Below, piece after piece: positions 37,029-48,282 of a DNA stretch of 64,000 nucleotides (position 1 is the first letter of the stretch; every line of letters begins with the position of its first letter). The notes beneath the pieces were generated by a model, which had not been told where the DNA came from, searched no databases, and saw only the letters and a program-made list of their open reading frames with translations. Location of the stretch: NCBI GenBank assembly GCA_030698625.1, contig JAUYMS010000046.1:56348-120347 (forward strand), read 5' to 3'. The position numbers and the translations under genes are program-made. Source of the stretch: Candidatus Omnitrophota bacterium (GTDB lineage: Bacteria > Omnitrophota > Omnitrophia > Omnitrophales > Aquincolibacteriaceae).

Positions 37029-37859
37029 ATGAATCCTCTGTCATTATCACTGCTCTCGATTGCCCAGCTGTTTTACGCGCTGACTTTTGTCCTCCACCTG
37101 CTCCTTTTTTCCGGCAAAGTTGTACGCGGTTATCGCGGCGCCCTCGCCTGCATGCGCCTGGGATTCCTACTCAATACGTTTTATTTCTTCACCGAGGCCG
37201 TCGGTCAGGGAACCTTGCTTCCGGTCGCGAGTGTCTCGCAGGCGATGGCCTTTTTCGCCTGGTCCCTTGCCTTTGTTTATCTCGTGCTTTTCATCCGTAT
37301 TCAAACCGAATCCTTCGGCCTGATCTTAAGCCCGATCCTCCTGGCCTTTCTTGCCTTGGCGTCCTGGGCGCGTGCTTTTTCAGCCTATGAACTGCCCGAG
37401 AGCCTCAATGCCTACTTCACCGTTCATATCGTGAGCGCCTTTTTCGCTTATGCCTGTTTCACCATATCCTTTACCGCCGGGGTGCTTTACCTGATGCAGC
37501 AGCGTGAACTCAAGCGTAAGAACCCGGGCCAAGTTTATTATCGGCTGCCGTCTCTGGAAGAACTCGAAGGCCTGATCTATCAGCCCATGATCTGGGGCGC
37601 GCTGCTCTTGCTCGTTGCCGTCGGTGTGGGTTTCTTCTGGTCGAAACTTGCTTACGGCGAGTTTTCGTTTTTGGATCCGAAGACGGTTTCGACACTGGTG
37701 ACGGCTGCGCTCTATCTAGCGGTCCTTTTTCTGCATTATGTGAGCTCGCAACGGGGTAAAAAAGTTGTTGTCCTCAGTATGGTTGCATTCGGTATGGTCC
37801 TCTTTAGCTTTCTGGGAACGCGTTTCCTGGAAGGAAGCCATAATTTCTTACACTCATAA
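37029..37859 (+). CDS. HemX/CcsA-like cytochrome c assembly family membrane protein
   Basis: 276 aa, 8 predicted TM helices, positioned immediately upstream of hemA as Bacillus hemX (also 276 aa). Confidence 0.45.
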   Translation: MNPLSLSLLSIAQLFYALTFVLHLLLFSGKVVRGYRGALACMRLGFLLNTFYFFTEAVGQGTLLPVASVSQAMAFFAWSLAFVYLVLFIRIQTESFGLILSPILLAFLALASWARAFSAYELPESLNAYFTVHIVSAFFAYACFTISFTAGVLYLMQQRELKRKNPGQVYYRLPSLEELEGLIYQPMIWGALLLLVAVGVGFFWSKLAYGEFSFLDPKTVSTLVTAALYLAVLFLHYVSSQRGKKVVVLSMVAFGMVLFSFLGTRFLEGSHNFLHS

Positions 37860-37887
37860 CCGCGCACAACATCTCATTTAAGGCAGG

Positions 37888-39186
37888 TTGGTTTTGGAAT
37901 TTTTTGTTTTGGGAATAAGTCATAAAGAGTGTCCGGTAGCCATACGGGAGAAACTGCATTTTAGTAAAGAGCAGATAGATTTGGCTTTGAGAGAAGCGCG
38001 GGCGGAGAGCTCTTTTTCGGAACTCGTGATTCTATCGACATGCAACCGGGTAGAGTTTTACGGCGTCGCCCATTCCGAACAGGAGGGAGAGGCGGGTCTC
38101 TTGCGTATGGTGGAACGCATTCACGGTATTAGCAGCGATGAATTCCGCCCTTATCTATATCGCCACTCAGGTACGGAGGCCCTCAGACACATTTTTCGTG
38201 TCGCGGCGGGTCTTGATTCGCTGGTCGTCGGGGAAAACGAAATTCTCGGCCAGGTTCGTGATGCCTTTCGCGCCGCTGATCGTCTTCGGGCGTTAGACTC
38301 TTTACTCTACAGGCTTATGGAAAAGGCGCTTAAAACCGGCAAGGAAGTACGCACGCAGACGCGCATCAACAAAGGTGCCGTGAGTATTCCGTCCGTGGCG
38401 GTCGAGCTTGCCGAGAAAATATTCGGCAAACTCGTCGGCGAAAAAATCATGGTCCTCGGCACCGGTGAGATGAGTATCCTGACGCTGAAGAATCTGGGGA
38501 ATGCGGGGGCCGAGATTCTTTACGTGGTGAGCCGCAATCAAGAGAAGGGTGAGTCGGTGGCTAAGGAGGCGGGCGCGGAATGGGTCGCGCTCGATGATTG
38601 GGGGCGTTATCTGACGGATGTCGACATTCTCATTTCGTCGACGGCGGCGCCGCACCCGATTGTGCATTATGATCAAGTACGCGAGGTCATGAATGCCAGG
38701 CGCCACAGGCCCCTGTTCCTAATTGATATCGCCGTGCCGCGCGATATCGAAGCGCGCGTTAACGAGATCGACGATGTCTACCTTTACAACATCGATGATC
38801 TTAAGGGCGTCTCGGCATCGAATCTCAGGCTGCGCCGTTCCGAAATTCAGGCGGCCGAAGAGTTGGTTGAGCACTCGGTAGGTCTTTTTAATTCATGGCT
38901 CAAACAACTCGAGGTCAGGCCCACCATGGAGCGCTTCGAGATTTTTTTGAGTGATATTTTGGATAAAGAATTATCACGGATTTCCAGCCACGAGACGCTC
39001 GATGAAAATAAGCGCCGTGAGTTACGCGACCGAATTTCAGCCAAGCTCCTGCATCAACCTCTGAGTAAGATCAAAGAGGCGTCCCGGAACGGGGGAGTGG
39101 CAAAATATGTCGAAGCGCTGCAGGCGCTTTTCGGCCTCGAACAGAAACCGCATGAAACAGACCATTCGCATCGGAACGCGCGGTAG
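37888..39186 (+). CDS. hemA: Glutamyl-tRNA reductase
   Basis: LSTCNRVEFYG motif, TTG start, 432 aa. Confidence 0.85.
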   Translation: MVLEFFVLGISHKECPVAIREKLHFSKEQIDLALREARAESSFSELVILSTCNRVEFYGVAHSEQEGEAGLLRMVERIHGISSDEFRPYLYRHSGTEALRHIFRVAAGLDSLVVGENEILGQVRDAFRAADRLRALDSLLYRLMEKALKTGKEVRTQTRINKGAVSIPSVAVELAEKIFGKLVGEKIMVLGTGEMSILTLKNLGNAGAEILYVVSRNQEKGESVAKEAGAEWVALDDWGRYLTDVDILISSTAAPHPIVHYDQVREVMNARRHRPLFLIDIAVPRDIEARVNEIDDVYLYNIDDLKGVSASNLRLRRSEIQAAEELVEHSVGLFNSWLKQLEVRPTMERFEIFLSDILDKELSRISSHETLDENKRRELRDRISAKLLHQPLSKIKEASRNGGVAKYVEALQALFGLEQKPHETDHSHRNAR

Positions 39187-40099
39187 CGCGCTCGCTCTTT
39201 ATCAGGCCGAGCTAGTCAAAGGCAGTATCCTCAGGGAATTTTCGCTGCTGGATGTCCGCATCGTTGTCATTAAGACCAGCGGCGATATGGTTCGCAGGCG
39301 CTCCGCGTCTCCCCTGGAAACAAAGCGCATGTTCACGCGTGAAATCGAAGACGCACTTTTGGATGACCGCGCTGACCTAGCCGTGCATAGTGCTAAGGAC
39401 TTGTCGGTGCATATGCCGGAGGGCCTCGTGATTGGTGCGGTTCTGGCCCGTGAAGATGCGCGCGATTGTCTGCTTACTCCGAACCAGGGGAAAAAGCTCG
39501 CCGAGCTTCCCATCGGTGCGCGAGTCGGTACGAGTTCTTTGAGAAGGAAGGCGCAGCTCCTGCGTTTGTGTCCCGAACTGGTCGTCGAAGAATTGCACGG
39601 CAACGTAGATTCTCGCATCAAGAAGATGCAGAAGGGCAATTATGACGCAATCATCCTGGCTTATGCGGGAATCAAGAGACTGGGATTGACGAATCATGTT
39701 TCGGAGATTCTGCCGGAAGAAATATTTTATCCCGCACCCGGCCAGGGAGCTATCGTGTTGCAGTCACGCGCGGGGGATCGCGAAATAGCCGAGGTCCTAA
39801 ATTCTTTGAATGACAAGAACACGGCCGACCGTCTCGAATGTGAACGCGCCTTTTTGGCGCGGCTCGAGGGCGGATGCCAGCTTCCATGCGGCATTAGTAC
39901 CGTTTTGGATGGCGGGAGAATAAGGACACGCGGCGCGCTTTTTGCGATCGAAGAAAGAAAGTGGGCCGAGGGAGAGCATGACGGTGACGCGGCGGATGCT
40001 GCCGGCGCGGGGCAAACGCTTGCGGAGGTGGTTTTAAGCAACGGCGGGCGGGAAATCCTAGAAGAAATCAAAAAGGGTGTTCGAGGTCAGGCATCATGA
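39152..40099 (+). CDS. hemC: Porphobilinogen deaminase (hydroxymethylbilane synthase)
   Basis: IRIGTRGSALALYQA motif; start trimmed to MKQTIRIGT. Confidence 0.85.
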   Translation: MKQTIRIGTRGSALALYQAELVKGSILREFSLLDVRIVVIKTSGDMVRRRSASPLETKRMFTREIEDALLDDRADLAVHSAKDLSVHMPEGLVIGAVLAREDARDCLLTPNQGKKLAELPIGARVGTSSLRRKAQLLRLCPELVVEELHGNVDSRIKKMQKGNYDAIILAYAGIKRLGLTNHVSEILPEEIFYPAPGQGAIVLQSRAGDREIAEVLNSLNDKNTADRLECERAFLARLEGGCQLPCGISTVLDGGRIRTRGALFAIEERKWAEGEHDGDAADAAGAGQTLAEVVLSNGGREILEEIKKGVRGQAS

Positions 40100-41658
40100 A
40101 AGCGGTTAAAAAACGACGGGAAAAAGGGAAAGTGTTTTTCGTGGGTGCCGGACCCGGAGATCCCGGGCTTCTGACGCTGCGCGGCGCCGAGGTCCTGCGG
40201 GACGCTGACGTTGTGGCCTACGACAGACTCGTCAACCCCGAGATCCTGAATTTTGCACCGGCAGCTGAGAAGATTTATGTGGGTAAAAAATCCGCGTCAC
40301 GACCGGACCGTACCAAACGCCATACGGTTTCAGACCAGCAGAAGATCAATCACCTCCTTGCCCGTCTGGCCAAGCCGGGGAAAGTCGTCGTCCGATTGAA
40401 GGGCGGCGATCCTTTCATTTTTGGCCGCGGCGGCGAAGAGGCCCATTACCTGAAGAAAAAGGGTGTTCCTTATGAGGTGGTTCCGGGAATCAGTGCCGGC
40501 TATGCCGTGCCCGCCTATGCCGGAATCCCGGTGACCGACCGGCGACTATCTTCGTCGGTGACGTTTGTGACAAGTCATGAGGGCGCCGATAAAAAGGCCC
40601 GGGCTGTCGACTGGAAAAAGCTCGCCGCACTCGACGGAACAGTCGTTTGCTTCATGGGAATCAACACGTTCCCGGCCGTGATCAAGGCGTTTATCGCGGC
40701 CGGAAAACCGGGCAGCACCCCGGTTGCGATCATTGAGAACGGGACTTTACCGGGACAGAGAGTTGTCGAGGGGACGCTTCGCACCATTGCGGCAAAAATG
40801 CGTGCGGCCAAGATTACGTCGCCGGCACTGACCGTTATAGGAGACGTCATCCGTTACCGAAAGGAACTCGCCTGGTTTGACGACAAACCGTTATCGGGAA
40901 AGACTGTTCTGTTGACGCGGCCCCGTTCCCAGATGTCGCTCTTGCGCGGAGCTTTAGAAAAGGAAGGCGCGCGTGTCCTGGAGTTTCCGGCGATCGAGAT
41001 TCTGCCTCCCGTAAACTGGGAAGGGTTGGACCGTGCCATTGCAAACCTAAGCGAATTCGATTGGATTGTCTTCACGAGCGCGAATGCGGTGCGCCATTTT
41101 TTCACGCGTCTTTTCGATACCGGTTACGATATCCGTCACTTGGCGAGAAACAAGATTGCCGTCGTCGGCAGCGCGACTCAGGAAATCTTGCTCAAGGTGG
41201 GACTGCGCGCGGATGTGATGCCGTCCAAATTTACTTCAGAAGCACTCGTGGATCTATTAAAGCAGCTTGATGCCGTGCGCGGCAGCCGGTTTCTCCTGCC
41301 TCGGACCGACATCGCGCCGGAATATTTGAGGCGCGAACTGAAAAACGCGGGCGCGGAAGTGACTCAGGTCATCGCTTACCGTACGGTTCGCGTCGCCGGA
41401 GGCGGGCAGAAATTGAAGAATTGGCTGCGCCGGGGAAAAATTGATTACATTACATTTACGAGTTCCTCAACCGTGGACAATTTTTTTGACGCCCTTCCCA
41501 AAGGAAGGCGGCCGCGAGTCAAGAGCCGGCTCGTTTCGATCGGCCCGGTCACGAGTCACACCCTCAAGGCATACGGTTATCGCCCGTATCGGGAGGCCGG
41601 CGAACATACGGTGCGCGGCCTGGTGCAAACCCTTATTAGCGGAGGTAAGAAGTCATGA
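40096..41658 (+). CDS. Bifunctional uroporphyrinogen-III C-methyltransferase / uroporphyrinogen-III synthase (CobA-HemD fusion)
   Basis: VFFVGAGPGDPGLLTLRG SUMT motif in the N-terminal half, HemD-like C-terminal half, 520 aa. Confidence 0.8.
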   Translation: MKAVKKRREKGKVFFVGAGPGDPGLLTLRGAEVLRDADVVAYDRLVNPEILNFAPAAEKIYVGKKSASRPDRTKRHTVSDQQKINHLLARLAKPGKVVVRLKGGDPFIFGRGGEEAHYLKKKGVPYEVVPGISAGYAVPAYAGIPVTDRRLSSSVTFVTSHEGADKKARAVDWKKLAALDGTVVCFMGINTFPAVIKAFIAAGKPGSTPVAIIENGTLPGQRVVEGTLRTIAAKMRAAKITSPALTVIGDVIRYRKELAWFDDKPLSGKTVLLTRPRSQMSLLRGALEKEGARVLEFPAIEILPPVNWEGLDRAIANLSEFDWIVFTSANAVRHFFTRLFDTGYDIRHLARNKIAVVGSATQEILLKVGLRADVMPSKFTSEALVDLLKQLDAVRGSRFLLPRTDIAPEYLRRELKNAGAEVTQVIAYRTVRVAGGGQKLKNWLRRGKIDYITFTSSSTVDNFFDALPKGRRPRVKSRLVSIGPVTSHTLKAYGYRPYREAGEHTVRGLVQTLISGGKKS

Positions 41659-42689
41659 CACAGTTACCGGGACAATACCCTGAGTACCGTCCGCGGCGCA
41701 TGCGGCAAAATGAGGCCTTTCGGCGTCTCATTCGAGAGACCCGTCTGTCGGCCGAACAACTCATCATGCCGTACTTTGTGGTGGAAGGCCGCGGCGTTAA
41801 AGAGGCGATCGAGGCGATGCCGGGCCAGTACCGCTATTCTCCCGACACGCTGCTGGCGGAACTAGAGACGCTGGTTGCGCTGGATGTTCGCACCGTGCTC
41901 CTCTTCGGTGTGCCGGATGAAAACGAAAAAGACGAACAAGCCTCCGCGGCCTCGTCGGCGGAGGGGATTCTTCAAAAAACGGTACGCGAGATCAAGAGCC
42001 GATTCAAAGATCTCTTGGTCATTACAGATGTGTGTTTGTGTGCTTATACGAGCCACGGCCACTGCGGCATGCTTTCACCGGAAGGTCAGATCGATAATGA
42101 TGCCTCGCTGGATCGCCTGGCCGAGACCGCACTTTCGCATGCGCAGGCGGGCGCCGATATTGTGGCGCCGAGCGATATGATGGACGGACGCATTCGGGCC
42201 ATCAGGACTAGACTCGACGCCGCCGGTTTTAAGAACACGGCCATTTTGAGTTATGCGGCGAAGTATGCTTCAGCTTTCTACGGGCCTTTTCGCGAGGCGG
42301 CCCATTCGGCGCCGGCCGCCGGCGACAGGTGCAGTTATCAGATGGATCCGGCCAACCGGGAAGAGGCCCTGCGTGAGATTGCCATGGATATCCAGGAGGG
42401 GGCGGATATGGTCATGGTGAAACCTGCGCTAGCCTATCTGGACGTGTTGCGAGAAGCCCGGGAGCGCTTTCAATTCCCCCTGGCGGCTTATGCTGTAAGC
42501 GGTGAGTATTCCATGCTCAAAGCCGCCTCTGAGCGCGGTTGGGTGGATGAAAAAAAGATTGTCCTGGAAATGGCAGTAAGTTTATTGCGTTCAGGAGCAA
42601 ATACTATCGTTACTTACCATGCGAAGGACATTGCCTTTTGGTTAAAAAACTCACAAGTCAATCATTTTAAAGAGGTTAAAACTTTTTAG
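41655..42689 (+). CDS. hemB: Porphobilinogen synthase (delta-aminolevulinate dehydratase)
   Basis: Cys-rich metal site DVCLCAYTSHGHCG, 344 aa. Confidence 0.85.
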   Translation: MTQLPGQYPEYRPRRMRQNEAFRRLIRETRLSAEQLIMPYFVVEGRGVKEAIEAMPGQYRYSPDTLLAELETLVALDVRTVLLFGVPDENEKDEQASAASSAEGILQKTVREIKSRFKDLLVITDVCLCAYTSHGHCGMLSPEGQIDNDASLDRLAETALSHAQAGADIVAPSDMMDGRIRAIRTRLDAAGFKNTAILSYAAKYASAFYGPFREAAHSAPAAGDRCSYQMDPANREEALREIAMDIQEGADMVMVKPALAYLDVLREARERFQFPLAAYAVSGEYSMLKAASERGWVDEKKIVLEMAVSLLRSGANTIVTYHAKDIAFWLKNSQVNHFKEVKTF

Positions 42690-42762
42690 TAACTTGTTTG
42701 TAAACAGTCAGATAGAGGGATATACTTTACTTATAGATCTAAGAAGTTGATCCTATTTGTTG

Positions 42763-42788
42763 GCGCATCACAGGCTGCGCTGTGATGC
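42763..42788 (+). promoter_or_regulatory. Perfect 10-bp inverted repeat (cgcatcacag-N6-ctgtgatgcg) abutting the RBS of the GGDEF/HD-GYP gene
   Basis: Read directly from sequence; candidate operator or translational hairpin. Confidence 0.4.
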
Positions 42789-44542
42789 GAAGGGAGAACA
42801 AGATGGGGCAGAAAAATGGTCCTGGTTTCTCCGTCCTCGTTGTTGAGGAAGATAATGAGTTCCTATCTTTACTCAAACGAAGCCTCGAAGACAATCCGCG
42901 CTTTCCCTACCGGGTCGATCAAGCCCGCAATATTAGCGAAGCCGTCGATAAAATAGGCCGCAACTCTTATAACCTACTCCTAGTAGAATCTACGCTGCAA
43001 GACCACAACGGTTTGGAACTACTCGACCAACTTAATCGCTCTCATATCAATCTACCGTTTGTTCTTATGACCGATGTCCGCGACGACCGCTTGGCTCGCG
43101 AAGCCCTCAAGCTCGGAGTGGCCGACACGATCATCAAAAGTGAGAGCCAGTTTCATGAGTTGGCGGAGTTGCTTGCAAAATCTTATCAGAAATACTGCGA
43201 TCGTCATCCCGAAGGCAATCTCCCGCAAATGCGTCCGGCGGGGCGCCGCAGCGGCGACCGGGATGCCTTCGAGTTTATCGTGCCCGAAGCGGCGGAACGG
43301 AAAATTGCAGAACCCTCGCACCGTGATGAACTTACCGGCTTATACAGCCACTCGTTTTTGCAGGAGCGCATCGTTCAGCAGTTCTCTTCGGCGGCGCGCT
43401 ACAACTATCCGATGTCATGCATTGTGCTGAATATCGATCACTTCAAGGCGATCAATGAGGGGAAGGGGTATTTGGTCGGCGACAAACTTCTCAAGGAGTG
43501 TGCCGAACTGCTTTTCGACAAGTGCCGCATGTGCGATGTCATTGCCCGCTACGGCGGGGAAGAGTTTGCGGTGATGATGCCTCATGTGAGCTATGCCGGG
43601 GCTATGGAGCTCGCCAAACGCCTCAGGACCGCGTTTTCCGAGCATATCTTTATGCAGGATTCCGAACAGATCAACCTGACGGTAAGTGTGGGCGTGTCGT
43701 CCTATCCCGAAGACAGCATGAGCCGGCGGTGTGAATTGATGAGTTTTTCCAACCAGGCGCTTTTCCGCTCCAAGGTGGCGGGGCGCAATACGGTAACGGC
43801 CTATAAAGATATCCTGCCGGTTTTCGGTTCCGGTCTGCCGAATCTTCACATAAGCGAAGACAAGGTTGCTGAGTTTCAGCGGAGGTTGACGGAAATCTCG
43901 CATACGGCACGCCGTGCCTATATCGACGCCTCGAAGGCGCTGATTATCGCGCTTGAGTCCAAGGACCGTTTTACGGCAGGGCACGCGGCCAGCTCAGCCA
44001 AGTACGCCATTCAGGTTGCCGAAGCCCTGGGAATGTCGATCGACGAAGCCGAGGTGGTTGAACACGCGGCACTTCTGCACGACATCGGAAAGATCTGTAT
44101 TCCTGACAACATTCTGCTGAAACCGGGCAAGCTCACTTTCAGCGAGTACGAGGCGATGAAGCAGCACCCCTATATGGGGTATAAAATTCTGAAGCCGATC
44201 AAATTTTTACAAGAGGAGTCCATTCTGGTGCTTCACCATCACGAATGGTTTAATGGCGAGGGATATCCGTGCCGCCTCAAGGGCAATGAGATTCCTCTGG
44301 GTGCCCGTGTCATTTCGGTCATCGACGCCTATGACACGATGCGTATCGCCGGGGGGCGTTATCGTGCCACCGCTACTGTCGAAGTCGCTGTCAATGACTT
44401 GATTGCTTGCTCAGGCACCCAGTTTGACCCTGTCGTCGTGAAGGCCTTCATCGAGGTCGTCAAGATGCGCCGGGAACTGACCACCGAAGACTACAACAAA
44501 GACGCTCTCGAAGAAGCCATCCGCAATTGCCTGGGGCAGTAG
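42782..44542 (+). CDS. c-di-GMP turnover protein: receiver domain + GGDEF (RYGGEEF) + HD-GYP phosphodiesterase domain
   Basis: GGEEF motif with upstream RxxD-like context; LHDIGK (HD) and GEGYP (GYP) motifs; probable true start MGQKNG about 21 nt downstream of the track start. Confidence 0.7.
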   Translation: MMRRENKMGQKNGPGFSVLVVEEDNEFLSLLKRSLEDNPRFPYRVDQARNISEAVDKIGRNSYNLLLVESTLQDHNGLELLDQLNRSHINLPFVLMTDVRDDRLAREALKLGVADTIIKSESQFHELAELLAKSYQKYCDRHPEGNLPQMRPAGRRSGDRDAFEFIVPEAAERKIAEPSHRDELTGLYSHSFLQERIVQQFSSAARYNYPMSCIVLNIDHFKAINEGKGYLVGDKLLKECAELLFDKCRMCDVIARYGGEEFAVMMPHVSYAGAMELAKRLRTAFSEHIFMQDSEQINLTVSVGVSSYPEDSMSRRCELMSFSNQALFRSKVAGRNTVTAYKDILPVFGSGLPNLHISEDKVAEFQRRLTEISHTARRAYIDASKALIIALESKDRFTAGHAASSAKYAIQVAEALGMSIDEAEVVEHAALLHDIGKICIPDNILLKPGKLTFSEYEAMKQHPYMGYKILKPIKFLQEESILVLHHHEWFNGEGYPCRLKGNEIPLGARVISVIDAYDTMRIAGGRYRATATVEVAVNDLIACSGTQFDPVVVKAFIEVVKMRRELTTEDYNKDALEEAIRNCLGQ

Positions 44543-44661
44543 GCCCGGCTGCAGGCCCGATTTGCCATAATATCCCTTGAGATTGCTGCCCTCTCCGTAG
44601 ATAATAGTCAGCCTCAACTGAATCTTAATTAACCTCTAGCGCTCGCAAGTGATTCCATATC

Positions 44662-44997
44662 ATGGGTATAGAAACCTTTCCGGAGATCGAGAATTTTCAG
44701 AAGCTGCCCCACCAAGTCATCGTCAAGGGCGGTGAGCTTAGCTACCAGGTCTCCAAGGGCGCGGACCTGACGGGCATCGTGATCAATAACTCCGGTAACG
44801 ATATCCGCGACATTCGCGTGCACGCCGTTTTATTTGATGAAGATAAGATCCCCATCCTAAGTCAGTCGATCCAAGCCTTGCCCGAAAAGCTCGCCCAAGG
44901 GGGCATCGGTTCATTCACCTTCCAGTTCGAGCATGGTGAAAGAAAAATAGCCGATTACTACCTCTATACGAACTGGAAGTTCGACGAGGGCGATTAA
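44662..44997 (+). CDS. Hypothetical protein
   Basis: 111-aa ORF, good coding look, no motif recognised. Confidence 0.35.
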   Translation: MGIETFPEIENFQKLPHQVIVKGGELSYQVSKGADLTGIVINNSGNDIRDIRVHAVLFDEDKIPILSQSIQALPEKLAQGGIGSFTFQFEHGERKIADYYLYTNWKFDEGD

Positions 44998-44999
44998 CG

Positions 45000-46994
45000 G
45001 TGGGCAAGACAGCCGAACCCCAAAATATCTCCGTTCTGCTTGACGAGAAGAGGCGATTTCCGCCCCCCAAAGGTTTTCAGAAATCCGCCTGGGCCAATGA
45101 TCAATCGGTGTATGCCGAAGCGGCCAAAGACCCCGAAGCTTATTGGGCCCGGTGGGCATCGGAGCTGACCTGGACCAAGCCCTGGAAGAAGGTCCTCGAG
45201 TGGAAACCGCCTTTTGCTAAGTGGTTCGTCGGCGGAAAACTTAATGCCAGCGTGAACTGTCTCGACCGCCACGTCTATGCCTCGGAGAGCGATTATTCCC
45301 GTCGCAATAAAGCCGCGATCATCTGGGAAGGCGAGCCCGGAGATACGCGCGTGATGACTTACTGGGATCTCTATCGCGGGGTCAATAAATTCGCCAATGT
45401 CTTAAGAAAACTCAAAATCAAAAAGGGCGACCGGGTTGCGATTTACATGCCGATGGTTCCCGAAGCAGCGATTGCTTGTCTTGCCTCGGCCCGGATCGGC
45501 GCGGTGCACAACGTGGTGTTCGGTGGGTTCAGTGCCGAGTCCCTCAGTGACCGCATCAATGACTCCAAGGTCAAACTCGTGATCACCGCCGACTTCGGTT
45601 GGCGGCGCGGCAAGCCCATTGCTTTAAAGCAGGCCGTTGACGATGCGTTGAAGAGCACCGACTGTGTCGAAAATGTCGTAGTCGTTGAGCGTAATCACGG
45701 GCGCGGGGAGTCGCCGATTCAGTGTCATATTGAAGAGGGCCGTGACCATTGGTGGCATCGCCTGATGGACGATGCCGAGGCCTATGCCGAACCCGAAGAA
45801 ATGGATGCCGAGGATATGCTTTTTATCCTCTACACCTCCGGCACTACCGGCAAGCCCAAGGGAATCGTGCATACGACCGGCGGTTACATGACCGGCGTCT
45901 ATGCGACAACGAAGTGGGTCTTCGATATGAAGGAGGATGACGTTTTCTGGTGTACGGCCGATATCGGTTGGGTGACCGGCCACAGTTATGTGATCTATGG
46001 GCCGCTTGCCAACGGCTCGACGGTCTTCATGTATGAAGGTGCTCCCGATTGGCCCGAAAAAAACCGCTTCTGGAAGCTCATCGAGAAATACGGAATCACC
46101 ATTTTCTATACCGCACCCACCGCCATTCGCGCTTTCATGAAATGGGGCACAGAGTGGGTCGACAAGGCCGATCTGTCATCGCTCAGGCTTCTCGGCAGCG
46201 TTGGAGAGCCGATCAATTCCGAGGCTTGGATGTGGTATCACAACCATATCGGTAAGGGAAAGTGTCCGATCGTAGACACGTGGTGGCAGACTGAGACCGG
46301 CGCCATTATGGTGACGCCGCTCGCCGGTATTACCACAACCAAACCCGGTTCGGCTACGCGGGCCTTTCCCGGCATTTCTGCGGAAGTCCTGAATGAAAAG
46401 GGAGAAGTGGTCAAAGAAGGCGGCGGCTATATCGCGATCACGAAACCGTGGCCTTCCATGCTGCGCACCATCTACGGCGACGAACAGCGGTATATCGATA
46501 CTTATTGGTCTAAGTGGGGGAAGGGAACTTACTTTCCCGGCGACGGGGTGCGTCGCGATAAGGACGGCTACTTCTGGTTTATGGGGCGGGTCGACGACGT
46601 CATGAATGTGGCGGGTCACCGCATCGGGACCATGGAAGTCGAGAGTGCGCTTGTCGACCACAAGTCGGTCGCCGAAGCGGCGGTCGTGGCCAAAACTCAC
46701 GAGATCAAGGGACAGGCTATTTATGCCTTCGTCACGCTGAAGCACGGAATTGAAGGTACCGCGAGTCTTATCGACGAATTGAAAAAGCACGTGGCCACAA
46801 AAATCGGTGCGATCGCCAGACCCGAAGATATTGTCTTTTCAGCCGATCTTCCGAAGACGCGTTCGGGCAAGATCATGCGGCGTCTCCTGCGCGACATTGC
46901 CGAGGGAAAGGCTTTGGGCGATACCACGACCCTGGCCGATCCGGCCGTGGTCGAGAATCTCAGAAAGCAATATGAAAGCCTCGAAGGCAGTTGA
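45000..46994 (+). CDS. acs: Acetyl-CoA synthetase (AMP-forming)
   Basis: [14 protein letters not shown]-binding motif, 664 aa, GTG start. Confidence 0.85.
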   Translation: MGKTAEPQNISVLLDEKRRFPPPKGFQKSAWANDQSVYAEAAKDPEAYWARWASELTWTKPWKKVLEWKPPFAKWFVGGKLNASVNCLDRHVYASESDYSRRNKAAIIWEGEPGDTRVMTYWDLYRGVNKFANVLRKLKIKKGDRVAIYMPMVPEAAIACLASARIGAVHNVVFGGFSAESLSDRINDSKVKLVITADFGWRRGKPIALKQAVDDALKSTDCVENVVVVERNHGRGESPIQCHIEEGRDHWWHRLMDDAEAYAEPEEMDAEDMLFILYTSGTTGKPKGIVHTTGGYMTGVYATTKWVFDMKEDDVFWCTADIGWVTGHSYVIYGPLANGSTVFMYEGAPDWPEKNRFWKLIEKYGITIFYTAPTAIRAFMKWGTEWVDKADLSSLRLLGSVGEPINSEAWMWYHNHIGKGKCPIVDTWWQTETGAIMVTPLAGITTTKPGSATRAFPGISAEVLNEKGEVVKEGGGYIAITKPWPSMLRTIYGDEQRYIDTYWSKWGKGTYFPGDGVRRDKDGYFWFMGRVDDVMNVAGHRIGTMEVESALVDHKSVAEAAVVAKTHEIKGQAIYAFVTLKHGIEGTASLIDELKKHVATKIGAIARPEDIVFSADLPKTRSGKIMRRLLRDIAEGKALGDTTTLADPAVVENLRKQYESLEGS

Positions 46995-48280
46995 TGGTAT
47001 CGGGCGCTAAGCAGACGAGACTCTATAATAAGGCCAAGAAGTTTATCCCCTCCGGAGTCAATTCTCCCGTGCGTGCGTTTAAGGCCGTCGGAGGAACCCC
47101 GGTCTTTGTGATGCGCGGCAAGGGCCCGTTTATCTGGGACGAGGACAAGAAACGGTATCTGGATTTCTGTTGTTCCTGGGGCCCGCTGCTCTTTGGGCAT
47201 GCTCCTGATGCGTTGCTCAAACGCCTGCGTTCAGAAATTTCCAAGGGTACGAGCTTCGGCGTTACGACCCGGAAAGAAGTCGATCTCGCAGAGCGCATCT
47301 GCTCTTTTTTTCCTTCTGTCGAAAAAGTCCGCCTCGTCTCTTCCGGCACCGAAGCTGTGATGAGCGCCGTGCGTCTCGCGCGCGGATTTACGGGCCGGCA
47401 GAAGATCCTAAAGATTGACGGCGGTTATCACGGGCATGTCGATAGTTTGCTCGTGAAGGCGGGTTCGGGGCTGACGACATTCGGCATCGCTGACTCCGCA
47501 GGTGTTCCGCCGGGCCTCGCCAAGCAGACGATCTCCGTTCCTTTTAATGACGAAGCCGCACTCGAAAGGGTCTTTAAGAGGGAAGGCAGGAATATCGCCG
47601 CCATGATCCTTGAGCCGGTGCCGGCCAATATGGGGGTGGTACTTCCTGCCGACGGTTACCTGAAGCATGCGCGCCTCATCACGAAAAAGTACGGGGCTGT
47701 TCTTATTTTCGATGAAGTCATCACGGGCTTTCGCGTTGCAAAAGGCGGAGCCCAGGACTATTTTGGTGTCCGTCCCGACTTGACCTGTCTCGGTAAGGTG
47801 CTGGGCGGCGGTTTTCCTTTGGCGGCCTTCGGCGGCAAGCGTCAGATCATGAATTACCTGGCGCCTTCAGGCCCGGTCTACCAGGCAGGCACCTTGTCGG
47901 GTAATCCCGTCGCCGTAAGCGCGGCGCTCTGGATGCTGACGGAGCTCGACAAACGCGATCCCTGGGAGCGGTTGAATCACCGCGCCGAGAATTTTATCAA
48001 AAGGCTGCGTGCCGTCATTTCGGTCGAGGGCTACCCCTATCAATTGAATTCTATTCGTTCCATGTTTACGCTTTTCTTTTGCCCCGTTCCGGTAACGGAC
48101 TTTGCTTCCGCGAAAAAGTCCGACACCCGCCGCTTCAGCCGGTTTTTCCACCTGGTCCGCAAAGAGGGAGTCTATTTGGCGCCGTCGCAGTTCGAGGCGA
48201 ATTTTATCTCTACGGCGCACAGTGAACGGCATCTCGAGACCGCGCTGAAAGTTTTCCGCAAGGCCCTCAAAAAAGCTTAG
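46991..48280 (+). CDS. hemL: Glutamate-1-semialdehyde 2,1-aminomutase
   Basis: [10 protein letters not shown]-terminus, 429 aa class-III aminotransferase fold. Confidence 0.85.
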   Translation: MMVSGAKQTRLYNKAKKFIPSGVNSPVRAFKAVGGTPVFVMRGKGPFIWDEDKKRYLDFCCSWGPLLFGHAPDALLKRLRSEISKGTSFGVTTRKEVDLAERICSFFPSVEKVRLVSSGTEAVMSAVRLARGFTGRQKILKIDGGYHGHVDSLLVKAGSGLTTFGIADSAGVPPGLAKQTISVPFNDEAALERVFKREGRNIAAMILEPVPANMGVVLPADGYLKHARLITKKYGAVLIFDEVITGFRVAKGGAQDYFGVRPDLTCLGKVLGGGFPLAAFGGKRQIMNYLAPSGPVYQAGTLSGNPVAVSAALWMLTELDKRDPWERLNHRAENFIKRLRAVISVEGYPYQLNSIRSMFTLFFCPVPVTDFASAKKSDTRRFSRFFHLVRKEGVYLAPSQFEANFISTAHSERHLETALKVFRKALKKA

Positions 48281-48282
48281 GG

